Positions 14,742 to 29,502 of a stretch of DNA of 64,000 nucleotides are shown here, piece after piece. Numbering within the stretch: the stretch's first letter is position 1; each line of letters opens with the position of its first letter. The stretch is from the human T2T-CHM13v2.0 reference genome, Homo sapiens. Under the pieces are notes generated by a model. The model worked only from the letters and a program-made list of their open reading frames with translations. It did not search any database and had not been told where the DNA came from. The position numbers and the translations under genes are program-made. The stretch lies in the NCBI RefSeq assembly GCF_009914755.1, contig NC_060947.1; one strand, written 5' to 3'.

Positions 14742-15654
14742 TGTTCTTTCTGCAGTCCATGGATGAAGGAGTCATTTTTATTTTCAAGTCTTGTTATTTA
14801 AGAAATAAATTTCATAAGATCATAACTGCCATACATAGTGATTCTACTGATGGATCTGGGCAAAGCAAATTGAAAACCTTCTGGAAAGGATTCACCATTC
14901 TAGATGCCATTAAGAACAGTTATGATTCATGGGAGGAGGTCAAAAATGTCAACATTAATAGGAATTTGGAAGAGGTTGATTCCAACCCTCATGGGTGACT
15001 TTAAGAGATTCAAGACTTCAGTGGAGGAGGTCATACATATGTGGTGGAAACAGCAAGAGAACTAGAATTAGGAGTGAGGTTAGATCTGACTGAATTGATG
15101 GAATCTCATGATCAAACTTAAATACAGGAGGAGTTGTTATTCATAGATTCGCAAAGAATGTGGTTTCTTGAGATGAATTCTACTCCCAGTGAAGATGTTG
15201 TGAACAGTGTTAAAATTAAAACAAAGAATTTAGAATATTACATGATCTTATTTGATAAAGAAGTGGCAGATTTTGACTCCACTTTGAATGAAGTTCTACT
15301 GTGGATAAAATACTATCACATAGTATTGCATGCTAAAGAGAGGTCTTTCTTAAAAGGAAGTGTCACTTGATGTGGCAAACTTAATTGCTGTCTTATTTTA
15401 AGAAATTGTCTCAGCCACGCCAACCTTCAGCAACCACCACCCTGATCAGTCAGCAGCCATTCACATTGAGGCAAGATCCACCACCAGCAAGAAGATTATG
15501 ATTCACTGAAGTCTCAAATAATCATTAGCATTTTTTAGCAATACAGTACTTACAGGTATTTATATATACTTATATATAATACTATTGCACACTTAGTAGA
15601 ATACAGCATAGTGTAGACATAACTTTTATATGCACCAGAAATATAACAAATTCA

Positions 15655-16128
<474 letters not shown>

Positions 16129-17260
16129 TCAAGACGTTTTTTTACATGTAGCTAAACACTATTTTTATTCTTTGAGTAATTTTTAAATTTTGCAGTTCAT
16201 TATCATGCTATCACAACTAACTATATAGTGATTATTGTGGAGTTTAAAAGCACACTTTTAATCAGTATTGTGTTCAATAAGCATTTACTGAGCAATTGTT
16301 ATGTTTAGAGTGTTACACATCATATTCTTCATTAAGGAATCACAATCTAGTTGGATAACACCAGACTTATAACTAGAGAAAAAAAATAAAATGTAATACA
16401 GGGGAGCAAGTGCCAAAAGTCAAATGAATACATCAGGCCACATTTTCTAAAGAAACTTAGAAAGAAGGGAGATCACAGAGCTTCATAGAGGAAGAATGGG
16501 GCTTTATATTTTGTCTTTAAATATAGTTAACTTTACTAGTGCTTTCTATGTAATAGACATTGTACACAGTTCTTCACCATGTCTTATCTTGAAAGAAAGA
16601 TAAAATGCAGAAAAATATAGACAGTGTGTGACTCTTACAGCCAAACATGCTATTATACTAGCAACCTAGAAAACTAGTGTATCTAGAGCAGTGTTTTCAA
16701 ATAATAGATCAATGAAAGTGAAGATCAAAGGGAGCTGTGTTGCAGAAAGCTCACTGTGGCAGAAAAACACTGACCTGGTTGTTAGGGAGCTCAGGATTCG
16801 ATTTTAATGTCCATTGTTCAGTTATACCACATAGACAATCTATTGCACCTTATGTTTCCCATTGCTGTCATGTGTAAGATATGATTAGTGGACTTGATGG
16901 ACTTAATGATGCTTTTAGCTCTAAAATACCACGGTTCAACGGGGAGTCATTGAAGATTTTGATGAGGAAGAGTGATGTGCAAAACAATGACAAACATATC
17001 ATCTATATGTTGGAGGAGAGTGAATTTGGAGGCAAAGAGAACAATTAATAGAACATTGTAATGTATCATGCCTGAAGAACTGTTCTTTCAGCTTATTAAT
17101 ATAATGATGGTGTGCTTTATTTAACATGCTATTAATGTATGTTTTCTTCAATGGATGTTTTCTTTTTTGATGCTATTCATGATTTTAGAAACATAAAGTT
17201 GATATTTTAGTTTGCCTCTTCACTTTTACAACTTTATATTCCTAAACAAGTTGGACTTAA

Positions 17261-17546
17261 TTTTAATTATGAAATATCTTTGCCCTCCTTTTTAGTACTC
17301 TAGCCTACTTTCCATTCAATTGATATTTCTATTTTAATTTTAGACAATTGTTATTTTACTATTTTTCCCATGTCTTTGAAGCCATCTATACTTTTAAATA
17401 CATTTTTAATTGTGAAATATCTTTGCTCTCCTTCTTAGTACCCTAGCCTACTTTCCATTCAATTGATATTTCTATTTTAATTTTAGACAATTGTTATTTT
17501 ACTATTTTCCCCATGTCTTTGAAGCCATCTATACTTTTAAATACAA
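17261..17546. repeat. 143-bp direct tandem duplication (2 copies)
   Basis: 17261-17403 and 17404-17546 differ at about 5 positions by eye. Confidence 0.95.
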
Positions 17547-17877
17547 TCTCATTTTCTTACTTTCTAATTTCCCTAATGAATTTTATTTCTTTGAACTGAT
17601 TTGTTTTGTTAAAATTATTCATTCTAGATAATAAAATACCATCTGTTATTATTATTATTACAGATGTTTTCTATTCAAACTTACCCATCTTTCACTGTTT
17701 ATCATAATTCTGTGCAGAAAAAAAAAAGTTTATTTCAGTTATCACCTAGAAGAAGTTTGAACATTTTGTGAGTGTATAACCCAGCATAGATATAGAAATT
17801 TAAGTCTCACATAAGTTTAATATCTGATGTTTAGGCTGTTTTGTTAAGTTGATAAATTATGTATCCTCTATTTCTAT

Positions 17878-18105
17878 AGCAGGGGTAAGCATTGTGGGTT
17901 TTTTTTCCGTATGGGATTAGATAGCAAATACTTTAGGCTTTGTGGCCCATATGATCTTTGTTGTGATTATGCGACTTTGCCACTGTAGCACAAAAGCAGC
18001 ATAGACAATAGATAGAATGAATGTGGCTGTATTCCAATAAAACTATTTGCAAAAAAGGGGCAAGCTAGATTTTGCCTATAGGTCATGGCTTGCAGACCCA
18101 TATTC
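17878..18105 (+). mobile_element. MER58-like hAT-Charlie MITE
   Basis: AGATAGCAAATACTTTAGGCTTTGTGG...CCAATAAAACTATTT...GCAGACCCA. Confidence 0.7.
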
Positions 18106-20449
18106 TACTAAATCAAATACTTGATAAACTTCTATGTAAACATTATTTCTTATTTTCAAATAAAGTGAAAAAATATTTACTCATTAGATTATTTTCATAT
18201 TATAAACCTAAAAATTATATTATTGGTACCCATAATGTAGCACGCTCATAGATTAGGCACTTATAAGACATAGTCATTACATTATATGAAGAATATTTAT
18301 TTATAGTTAAACTTTTGTAGGATAATTTTACTCTCTAAATGATCAAAAGGATAAATATCACTTCCTAGTTTTAGGACTCACAGGAAAAAATAAATTTATT
18401 TGGGAGTTGTATGGCTAAAATTCCATCATTAGTTTTTATTGCTTTTTTCATCTAGCATAAATGGGTCTGATGAAGCTTCTCAATCAGTTATACATGTGTC
18501 TCACAAACCTGAGCATAGTGATGGAAACAGAAATAGTGTCTTTATTAATTAGACATTATTTTGAGGAAAAAGCAGAAGTCCACTGAGTTCAAGTGAACAA
18601 AGAATTTATTATAAAATATTGAAGAACCTCACAGAACTCAATTGCAGAATATATTACTGAGCCTCCTGAAGAATAGGAAGTTATCAAAGATGTATTCTCT
18701 CAAATTTTCTCTTCCACTTTATTACCAAAGAGTTTTCTCTCTGTGTGTCTTTATGACATCTGTTCCATTGTCCTCTCCGAAGGCCACCCATGTTGGAAAA
18801 GTTTTGATGTTTGTTCTTTCATAATTTTGGCATGCACAAAGTTTTTGGCTTGCCATAGTACTGATTCTGGATCTTACTTTACCAGATATCTCAGTTCCAG
18901 TGCTCAATGTCTTCCAGATACAGTGATTACCCCCTTAATTCAGAATCTGGACAGGTATTCTGATTGCCTGCTGGCTGTCAATGGATTGCTTGGCTTGAGT
19001 CAGTTCCGTTTCATTTGAAAAAAGAAAAAGTTATGGTCAGTAAGGGTAGGGTCATATGACCTGATGCCAAAATTTAAGACACTTTAGGCTGAAATACGTT
19101 TTCTGAGAGGAGCTAAGGGGAATGAAGGAAAATAGACTGATATGCTTGCTACAACATGAGAAGTAGGATTTTCACAATTTGGGGAATTATTATTCTTAAA
19201 ATTAAAAACAAAAGCTCTTTTTGTATTAGGGTTTATAGGAAGTAAGATCCTTGACATTAGTCAATAGCTGAGAGGCCAGTGTGCTGTGGATAAGCACAAA
19301 GTCCTTAAACTTTCTGAGAATAATCACAGACTTAGGGGACAAAAGGGAGGCTGTGATTCAGGATCAAAGCCTTCATGTGAGAGGATGGTGAGGTGGCTAG
19401 TAGGTATCAACAAGGAACAGGATTTGTTCTGAGAGGATGGAATAATAATGGTGGGGAAGTGACACTGAGAAGAGAGAGTGTTACGGACTGTGAAGAAATA
19501 ATAAGCAGCCTATACTTTAGAGTTTTAAGATGAAGAGATGCCTTGGAGGCGATCTATTATAATTATGTCCTAACACTCCTCTAGCCATAATAAACTGGTT
19601 TTAGTGTTCTACAACCCCTTTCTCTTTCTTGCCTTTGTACCTTTGCACAAACTCTCATTTCTTGCAAATGCTTTTTCCAACTCACTTATCTTCAAGCTAT
19701 AGTGAAATTACTAATCCACTCTAAGACCTTCCACATTTATCAGGCAAAGTTAGTTTCTCACTTTTCCACATTCTCAAGCCACACTGCTCACAAAGACTGT
19801 TATTACATAATTCTTTAATCGCATATTCAAATGTATAAATTTGACAGTAGACTGCAAACTTGAAGATAAAGACTATTTTATTCATCTTCAAAATGCAACA
19901 ATCTTTCAGGCACACAGTAGGCACTCAGAAATAACTACAAAAGCCCCATAAATTTAACTGGAGTGGATCAATTTTCACCTGGCTAAAGGGATAGCTAGAT
20001 TTCATGAAAAACAGCTATTGGTGTCAGTGGCTTTGATGGTGCTGAAGACAGCTTCCAGGTCTAGAGTAGAATTCAGGAGGTACAATGATCCACATGGCCA
20101 GTAGAGACTTATATTCTTAAAGGATGGTCAAAGAATACTTTGACAGGTGGTGGAAGGATGGTGGCCATATGTGGGTTCCACAGAGAAAGAATCAGAGCCT
20201 TAGCAACAGCAGATGGAAACAAACAAACAAACAAACAAAAACACAGCTAAGGTTGAATGATAGAGTGGCAAAGTAGAGTTTCTGGGTTACCTCTACCAGG
20301 AGCAGCATTAACATTGTGGCTCTTAGGGGTTTTTAGGATGGAATCTAGGCTGTGTGCTAGAGATATAAATATAAGTAAGATGAAACCCTTCTAAGGTAAC
20401 TCTAAGGCACCTTCCCAGAAAAATATAAGGCTATTGTGTTACCTAGGGA

Positions 20450-20880
20450 GGGTATGGTTGGTGTTTGACCTAGACCTATTGGATCCCTTTGTCCATTCTT
20501 GTGCCTCCTTCTTCTGTGTGCTTTCACTTCCACCAGTTAGCAACTGTGGTTCTTTGTGAGAAGACATCCCCTAGTCTCTTGGAGCCACTTGACCCTCACA
20601 AACCAGAAATGCCTGGTACTTCACATTCTCCTGGGGCATCCAGTGGTCAGAGGAACACTGAGGTATAACTTACATACCAGAATCCTCCCATGGAATAAGG
20701 CTGAAGGAGGCCTCTGTAGGATGTCACCTGAGATTGTACTCTTGCTTTGCTTCCTCCTGTTCCTTGTCCTGCTTTCCCTTCTCACTTACTGTTTGCCTCT
20801 CAGAACTCATTCTTAATAAATTATTTGGACACAAATCCTCATCTCAAGGACTGTTTCTGAATTAACCCAATCTAAGGCAA
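20450..20880 (+). mobile_element. Old ERVL LTR (LTR16/LTR33-like)
   Basis: 3' end AATAAATTATTTGGACACAAATCCTCATCTCAAGG...AACCCAATCTAAGGCA. Confidence 0.55.
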
Positions 20881-21349
20881 CTGCCTGGGAAAAAATAAGG
20901 CTATTGTGATAGCTAGAGAGGACAGTCCTGGAAAAAGGACAGCCAGCAACAATTCAAATCTGAACATAAAAGGACATTGGATATTATAGATAATTTATAT
21001 AAATTAAAGAAATAACCAAACTGTTTGGTGAGTCACAAGAATAAAATAATGTGGAATTGTTGCATACTTTACCTCAGGATCAAGTCATAGATTTGTTATT
21101 AGAAACTACATTTTGAAATTCTTGCTACAATCATAGCAATTGAGAGGAAGACAAACTGATTGAAGTTGACAGAAGGTGAAAGCTACAACTAATGCTGAAT
21201 TTAAAAAAATTTTAATGTTGATACAAATCCTCAGAATCAGAATAAGGTCAACAGTGGAGTGCTAATTTTCAAATCCAAAGACCATCCATGTCTTACTTTT
21301 ACATGATGTATCTTTTACCATAAGAAAATGCTCAGTTTCCTTTATTCTT

Positions 21350-22810
21350 GACATATTCTCCCACTAATGTCATCAACCACCATCTTCAAAGTCACCTAAT
21401 ATTTCTGACTTAGTTAAAGGGGTTCCTCTACCTCTCTGTTCCCTTTAAGTTCTTATGTTCTCCAGATCTCATGGTTTGCGTCTCTTTCTCTCCATGCTTC
21501 TTTTCTGAGGCAATATCATCCATGCTTATGATTTACTTTCTCTTCCATAGGCTAATAACCTAAGTATTTCTAGACACAATCTTTGTTCTAAATGTTAGAA
21601 ATGTGTAGATTGTTTATTTGCCACCTCCACCTGTTAGAAATCCAAATCCTATACTCAACATATTCACCACTAAATTCATTTCTTTAGCTTCTACTCTCCT
21701 TTTTGAGTTCTATATCCTGCTGACTGAACTCACTTGTTCGACAACTCATTGTCCCTTGTAAATCAAGTCAGAAGTCTCAGAGCAATTCTAGACGTCTCCA
21801 TCTATCTCAATGTTACATAAATCCTTGTCGGTCTCCACTCCTTTAGTAGTTGTCAAACCTTCTCTCTATCTTTATGCCATAGTTATAATGTAGGCCATCA
21901 CTTATGTAACACTTAGTTACCTATTGCAATATTATGTGAGCCACATTGATAATTTTAAAATTTCTGGTAGCCACATTGAACAAATTAAAAGAAAACATGC
22001 AAAGTTACTTTTACTAGTGTATTTTGTTTAACCAAATATATCAAAAATGATATTATTTTTATAATATACTTAGTATTGAATATTATTAATGAGACACTTT
22101 ACATTATTTTTTTGTTGGTACCCAGTGGGTATTTTCCACTGATAGCATATGTGAATTCTGACTACCATGTTTAAGTACAAAGTAGCCACACACAACTAGT
22201 GGCTACCATATGGGTAGCACTTATCTAAACTATTAGCATAGTCTTTCTCTCCCGCAATCCCATTCTCTACTACTACTTGAGTGACATTTCTAACATTCAA
22301 ATCTGGTCATGGTACTTCACTGTTTTATATATTTATCCATGGCTTACAGGATAAAGTCAAACTCCTTTTCATGTCTCCTATAATCCTTTATGTGCTCTTA
22401 ACTTCCTATCCCTTCTTCATCTCTTTTGAAGCCCTGGCTCATGTCACCATTGAATTTAGTGATCTTTATTATGTCTCTGTGCAGTTATTTAAATAATCTT
22501 GCTGTTCCCTATCCCTAGGAAGTATTTTTCCCCTCCTTTCTTTTGTCTTCTTAAATAACTTCTACTTAATCTACTCATTTAAAAAAATTGTATACTGTGA
22601 ATCCTTCCATGAACTCCACCTGTATCCCCATACCAAACAACTGATTGCTCTGTTTCTCTGTAGTACTTGGATTATTATTTAAAAAGACCACCGTAACACT
22701 ATACAAAAATGTGTTTTGCATTGTCTCTTGATTAGGCTTTGAAATCCTTGAGGGCAGAGACAGTACCTTGTTTATCTTTGCACTCCCAGGCACAATAGAA
22801 GGTCAAAAAA
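21350..22810. mobile_element. Degraded L2 fragments with a MER33/MER3-like element at ~21925-22225
   Basis: Pyrimidine-rich L2-like text; AATTTTAAAATTTCTGGTAGCCACATT...GTGGCTACCATATGG. Confidence 0.5.
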
Positions 22811-23994
22811 TTTCTGCAGTATAACGAACAGAAAAAATAAGCACCTTTTATAGAGCAAAACCTTACCAATTATAATCACAGGTTTCACAGGTAGCCTGCT
22901 ATACAACAGTCTCTCCATTTGTGCATTGCACAGGGCTTCTACATTTACAGGGCACAATTCACATTGCAGACTTAATTAAGTTAAATGAGAATGGGTGCGT
23001 GGAGTCCCATAGTTTCCTACCTGGAGCGGCAGAGAGATCCTACTTCTATTTAAACTCTCATCTCCACAGGGTACTATACACACTGAAGAAAGCACAAAAA
23101 CAGAGTCACCAACTAACATACACATTTACAGAGGGCTACATTCTATCCAGACCCTGCTCTGGATATTCCCTGGCATGACTTCTCTTGCCTGCCAGTATCT
23201 GTTGAAGACATAATGCCTACCACCTCCTATCTGGGAATTTGACATAACCATCTTAACTGGGGTGGGTGAGTGCAGAGTATGGATGCCACTTGTGACATGT
23301 ATAAATCACTTTCCAGGGATGTGTGAGCAGGCAGGAGTAAAGATGCCAGTATGATATTGACCCAGCCAGGTCTACACATTTTTAAAGTAATTGTACAAAG
23401 TCTCTGTAAAGACTAGTCACCTTGATTACAGATGGAGATTCCAGGATGCAAGAAGTCTTCTGAACATGATTCCCATTATTTCCACGAAAGTCTATCTATT
23501 GCCACAATAATATTGCATAACATACAACCAAACATTTTAGTATCAAGCAAAAATTATCATTAGTTTAGCTGATGTCTGCAGAGATAAATTGATCTGGACT
23601 GTACTCAACCAATTTTGACTGAACTTGTTCATCTGTCTGTGGTAAGCTGTGAGTTAGCTAGGTAGCTCTTGATTAGGATCACCAGGCATTTTTAGAGATT
23701 GGCTGGCTGTTGACTCATCTTAGGATAGCCTCAGCTGGAATAATTGGGGAGAAATCTCAGTTTTGTTCCATATGTCGCATCCTGCAGCAAGCTGGCCCAA
23801 GCAGAACTTTCTCACAGTGATGACAGAAGACAAACACAGCAAGCAGAAGAATACAGATGTTTCTTGAACATCTTCTTGCATCATATTTGCTAACATTCTT
23901 GCAATCAGTGCAAACCACATGATCAAGCCTAATGTCACAGTTGAAGAGCACTACGGAGTATGGGTATGGACAGAAGGAGGAGTGAATAAACGAA

Positions 23995-24055
23995 GTCTTT
24001 AATGCAATAACTCCAATTCACAGGTCTTTAATGCAATAATTCCAACTCACAGGTC
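23995..24055. repeat. 29-bp tandem duplication
   Basis: GTCTTTAATGCAATAA(C/T)TCCAA(T/C)TCACAG twice. Confidence 0.9.
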
Positions 24056-25487
24056 AACTGGTTAGAAGACAGCTTATCACAATTGTACCTCAATTGTTCA
24101 TTTATTTTTCATGGAATATATTATATATATTTTAAATTTGAATGCTTAAGCCTGAAAAAGTGTTGGTGCTTTAACACTTTTCTGTTCTGTTTTGAGTTAT
24201 ATCAACAATACCCAGTCAGAGTGAACGGTCTTATAAATCTTGGAATACAGGGAAAGTTTAGGCCCAGGACCAACATGGAGAAACCATGGGAGAGGTAAGT
24301 TGATGCAGCCTTACTTTTGAGTTTATGTGAACTGACCCTCAATTATGAAATCCATCATGGGATGTCCTGCTAAATTCCTGATATCTACTTTTATGCCTCT
24401 CAGTTATTTCCTATTAAGTTCTAGAATCTCTCTTTTTTTCTGCCCTGAAAAACCCTGGCCATTCTGAAATGAGGAAACATTCATATTCCCTGAATTTGGA
24501 TGTGACAAGAAATATGCATCTACTGAATGAAAACAAACCCAAATAACATTTTTGTAGTTTTTAGAGTAGCAGATCTTGAGAAAACACATTCAGACTCTGT
24601 AGAAATTCATCCTGAACTTGACTTTGCGTATTTTACTTTGTAACAGTGCATATTCTCTGACTGAATATTGAGCTGTTTCACTGATAGGAGTCTATCTGGA
24701 AATGAAAAAGAAATGAGTTTGTGGGTTTTTTTTTTTTATCTTCTCATGGTTATCAGCAGGCAGACAGTCTTATGGTCTCATTGACTGCTATATTGGTAGA
24801 GATGCTAATGATCTAAATCCAACAGATGCTTGGAAGCACAGCACCAGTTAACATATGCAACCAACAGAAATAAAAAACATGGGCTGTTTGACATACACAT
24901 AGAGAATGCTTCCTATAATTAGAGATAATTACCAATGTTAGGAGAGCAAAAGCATCTTTTTTGGTCCTTGAAAAGCTAAATATAAACTCCAAACAGACAC
25001 CAGCAGGTACACTAAATTTACAAGATGCAGAATTTCTTGTGAGAAGGGGCTAAGCCATTTTTTATAGCTATTTGCCTTCTTAGCATTTTATGTACGCTTT
25101 TAAAGTATACCTTAAATAAATCATTTGTTACATGTAGTTTCCAGCAGCATAATTTATTTTTCTTGGGTAGACACTCATTCCTTGTAGTCAAAAAAAGAAA
25201 AGAACCATGGTGTACTTCTACAAAATAAAAACAAGTTTTATCTGTAAATGTATTCCCATTGGATTGCTTTACGTGAGAGACTGGCTTTAAAACAAAATTT
25301 ACATTTCAGAATTATAGTAGAAACATTTAAATACCAAATAGAGACATAGTACAATCTCGCTCACTCCTGCTTAAGCTTCATCCTAATTTAACTAAATTAT
25401 TTAATTTCCACAGATATTTTAACTGTTTTTAACTTCACTTCCCAATTTTGTATCTAGTACATAGCACTCATTTCTTCCTTATGCTGA

Positions 25488-25866
25488 TGATATGGTTAGG
25501 CTTTGTGTCCCCACCCAAATCTCATCTTGAATTGTAATCCCTATAATCCCCATGTGTCAAGTGCAGGACCAGGTGGAGATAATTGAATCATGGGGGTGAT
25601 TTCTCCCATGCTGTTCTCGTGATAGTTGGTGAGTTCTCACAATATCTGATGGTTTTATAAGCATCTGGCATTTCCCCTGCTTGCACTCACTCCATCCTGC
25701 TGCCCTGTGAAGAAGGTACCTGCTTCTCCTTTGACTTCGGCCATGATTGTAAGTGTCCTGAGGCCTCACCAGCAATGTGGAACTTTGAGTCAATTAAGCC
25801 TCTTTCCTTTATAAATTACCCAGTGTTGAGTATTTTCTTATAGCAGTGTGAGAACGGACTAATACA
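25488..25866 (+). mobile_element. THE1 (MaLR) solo LTR
   Basis: TGATATGGTTAGGC...GGACTAATACA; TSD (G/A)CTGA. Confidence 0.92.
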
Positions 25867-26088
25867 ACTGACAAACATTTTAATAACTTTGGCTTGAGGC
25901 TTTAGGTGTAATAGGAACTATCTGCAATGGAAATCTTTGCACACTAAGGGTATATTTTTATTATCCCTACTCATAGATAAGACAGCATTCTTTTTAATTT
26001 TTTATTTTTCTATACCCATAGCAAGGCAGATGGATTATTCTTAAAACAGCCATACTCACTCCTGAAACTGGTCCTCAAAGTGCATGAT

Positions 26089-29000
26089 CTGGTGTTTTGT
26101 TGTTTTCCTTGTACGGATCTTTCACCTCCCTGGTCAGCTGTATTCCTAAGTATTTTGTTCTTTTCGTGGCAATTGTGAATGGGATTGCATTCCTGATTTG
26201 GCTCTTGACTTGACTGTTGTTGGTACATATGAAAGCTGGTGATTTTTGTACGTTGATTTTGTATCTTGAGACTTGCTGAAGTTGTTTATCAGCTTAAGAA
26301 GCTTTGGGACCAAGACTACGGGGTTTTCTAGATATAAGATCATATCATTTGCAAACAGGGGATAGTTTGATTTCCTCTCTTCTTATTTGGATGTCCTTTT
26401 TTTTTTTTTATCTTGCCGGATTGATCTGGCCAGGACTTCCAATACTATTTTGAATAGGAATGGTGAGAGAGGGCATCCTTGTCTTGTGCTAGTTTTCAAG
26501 GGGAATGTTTTCAGCTTATGCCCATTCAGTGTGATGTTGACCGTGGGTTTGTCATAGATGGCTCTGATTTTGAGGTATGTTCCTTCAATACCTAGTTTGT
26601 TGAGAGTTTTTAACATGAAGAGATGTTGAATTTTTTCAAAAGTCTTTTCTGCATCTATTGAGAAAATCATGTGGTTTTTGTCTTTAGTTCTGTTTATGTG
26701 ATGAATCACATTTATTGATTTGTGCATGTTGAACCAAATTTGCATCTCAGGAATAAAGCCTACTTGTTCGTGGTGGATTTCTCAAGATCTACTTGATATA
26801 CTGCTGGATTTTGTTTGCCAGTATTTTGTGGAGGATTTTTGCATCGATGTTCATCAAGGATAAGGCCTGAAGTTTTTTGTTGTCATTGCGTCTCTGCCAG
26901 GTTTTGGTATCAGGATGATGCTGGCCTCATAAAATGAGTTGGGGAGAAGTCCCTTCTCCTCAATTTTTTGGAATAGTTTTAGTCAGAATGCTACCAGCTC
27001 TTCTTTGTACATCTGGTAGAATTTGGCTGTAAATTCTTCTGGTCCTGGACTTCTTTTGGTTGGTAGGCTATTTATTACTGATTCAATTTCAGAGCTCATT
27101 ATTGGTCTGTTCAGGGATTCAATTTCTTTGTGGCTCAGTCTTGGGAGTGTGTATGTGTCTAGGAATGTATTCATTTCTTCTAAATTTTCTAGTTTAGGTG
27201 CATAGAGGTGTTCATACCATTCTCTGCTGGTTATTTGTATTTCTGTGGTGTCTATTGTAATATCTCCATTGTCATTTCTGATTGTTTATTTGGATGTTCT
27301 CTCTTGTTAGTTTAGCCAGTGGTTTAACTATTACATTAATTTTTTCAAAAAACCAACTCCTGGATTCATTGATGGTTTGAATGCTTTTGCATGTCTCAAT
27401 TTCCTTCAGTTCAGCTCTGATTGCGGTTATTTCTTGACTTCTGATAGCTTTGGGGTTGGTTTTCTCTTGGTTTTTTAGTTCTTTTGGTTGTGATGTTAGG
27501 TTGTCAAATTGTGATCTTTCTAACTTTATGATATGGACATTTAGTGCTATAAATTTCCCTCTTAACACTGCCTTAGCTGTATCCCAGAGATTCTGATATG
27601 TTGTATCTTTGTTCTCACTCATTTCAAAGAACTTCTTGATTTCTGCCTTAATTTCATTATTTAACCAAAAGTCACTCAGGAGCAGTTTATTTAATTCCCA
27701 TAATATTGCATGGTTTTGAGTGAATTTCTCATTCTTGATTTCTAATTTGATAGTGCTGTGGTCAAAAAGACTGTTACGATTTTATTATTTTGTATTTGCT
27801 GAGGAGTATTTTATATCTGATTATGTGGTCTATTTTAGAGTATGTGCCATGTGGCCATAAGCAGAATATATATTCTGTTGTTTTAGGTGGTAAGTTCTGT
27901 AGATGTCTATCAGGTCCATTTGATACAGGTTCTGAATATCCTTGTTAATTTTCTGCCTCAATTATCTAGTACAGATGACACAAACAAAAGGAAAAGCATT
28001 CCATGCTCATGTATAGGAAGAATCGGTGTCATGAAAATGGCCACACTTCCCAAAGCAATTTATAGATTTAATGCTCTTCTTCTTAAACTACCAATTACAT
28101 TCTTCTCATAATGAGAAAAAAAAACTATTTTAAAATTCATAGGGAACCAAAAAACAGCCCAAATAGTCAAGGAAATCCTAAGCAAAACCAAAACAAGGCT
28201 GGAGGCATTATATTGCCCAACTTCAAACTATACTACAGGGCTACAGTAACCAAACCAGCATGGTACTCGTGCAAAAACAAACCCATAGACAAATGAAACA
28301 GAAAAGAGAGCCCAGAAATAAGGCCATACACTTACAACCCTCTGATCTTCAAGAAAGCTGACAAAAACAAGCAATGAGGAAAGAACTCCCTATTCAATAA
28401 ATTGTGTTGGGATAACTGGCTAGCCATATGCAGAAGATTGAAACTGAACCTCTTCCTTACACCATATACAAAAATTAACACAGGATGGATTAAAGACTAA
28501 GGTCTCATATTCAGCTTCTATAAAGAAGTTAAACAAATTTACAAGAAAGAAAGAAACACATTAAAAATGGGCAAAGCACATGAACACTCTTCAAAAGAAG
28601 ACATACATGAGGCCAACAATTATATGAAAAAAAACTCAACATCATTGATCATTAGGGAAAGGCAAATCAAAACCACAATGAGATACCATCTCACACCAGT
28701 TAGCTGGTGAGGTTGTGGAGAAAAAAGAACGCTTATACACTGTTGGTGGGAGTGTAAATTAGTTCAACCATTCTGGAAAACAGTGTGGCAATTCCTCAAA
28801 TGCCTAAAAACAGAACTAACATTTGAATATCCCATTGCTGAGTATACGCAGCCATAAAAGTATATGCAGCCAAGTACTATGCAGTCATAAAAAGAATGAT
28901 ATCATGTCTTTTGCAGGTACATGAATGAACCTGGAGGCCATAATCCTTAGCAAACTAATACAGGAATAGAAAACCAAATACTCTTATGTTCTCACTTACA

Positions 29001-29232
29001 AGTGGGAACTAAATAGTCAGAATGCATGGACATGTAGAAGGGAAAAAACAGACTATTGGAGCGTGGGGATTGGGAGGATGGAGAGGATCAGGAAAAATAA
29101 CTAATGGGTACTGGTTTAATACCTGGGTAATGAAATAATCTGTATAACAGACCCCTGTGACATGTGTTTACCTTATTACAAACTTGCAACCTGCACATGT
29201 ACCACTGAACCTAAGATAAAAGTAAAAAAGGA
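26089..29232 (+). mobile_element. Primate L1 with a ~1.9-kb inverted 5' segment
   Basis: Antisense ORF2 at ~26089-27968 (e.g. [41 protein letters not shown]); sense ORF2 and 3'UTR at ~27970-29232. Confidence 0.92.
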
Positions 29233-29502
29233 AAAGATTATATCACCCTACAATATTTGGAGAATTCTTAGAGGGCCAACTCATATATGAACTATTTGGG
29301 GAAATCCTACTTGGTTGCTGCAGGTGCATTTAAGGACAGCCTTATCTGCCTTATCAGAGAACTTTAAATAGAACCTTATTATATAAATATTTTCCTACCT
29401 TTGTATTTGTATTCCAGTATCTATATATTCATTCTTCCCACTAGATATTAAGATGTTAATCTTACTTCCAACTCATCCAGGCTCTAACACAGGATCTCAC
29501 AC

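Noticed and set aside
10633-15370. TIGD1-like domesticated transposase gene
   Set aside because: The Tigger1 ORF is broken by stops, frameshifts and large insertions.
17261-17546. CRISPR-like or satellite array
   Set aside because: Only two adjacent copies, no spacers, and a eukaryotic context.
26010-28296. Active reverse transcriptase or novel RT system
   Set aside because: These are fragmented, rearranged L1 ORF2 remnants.
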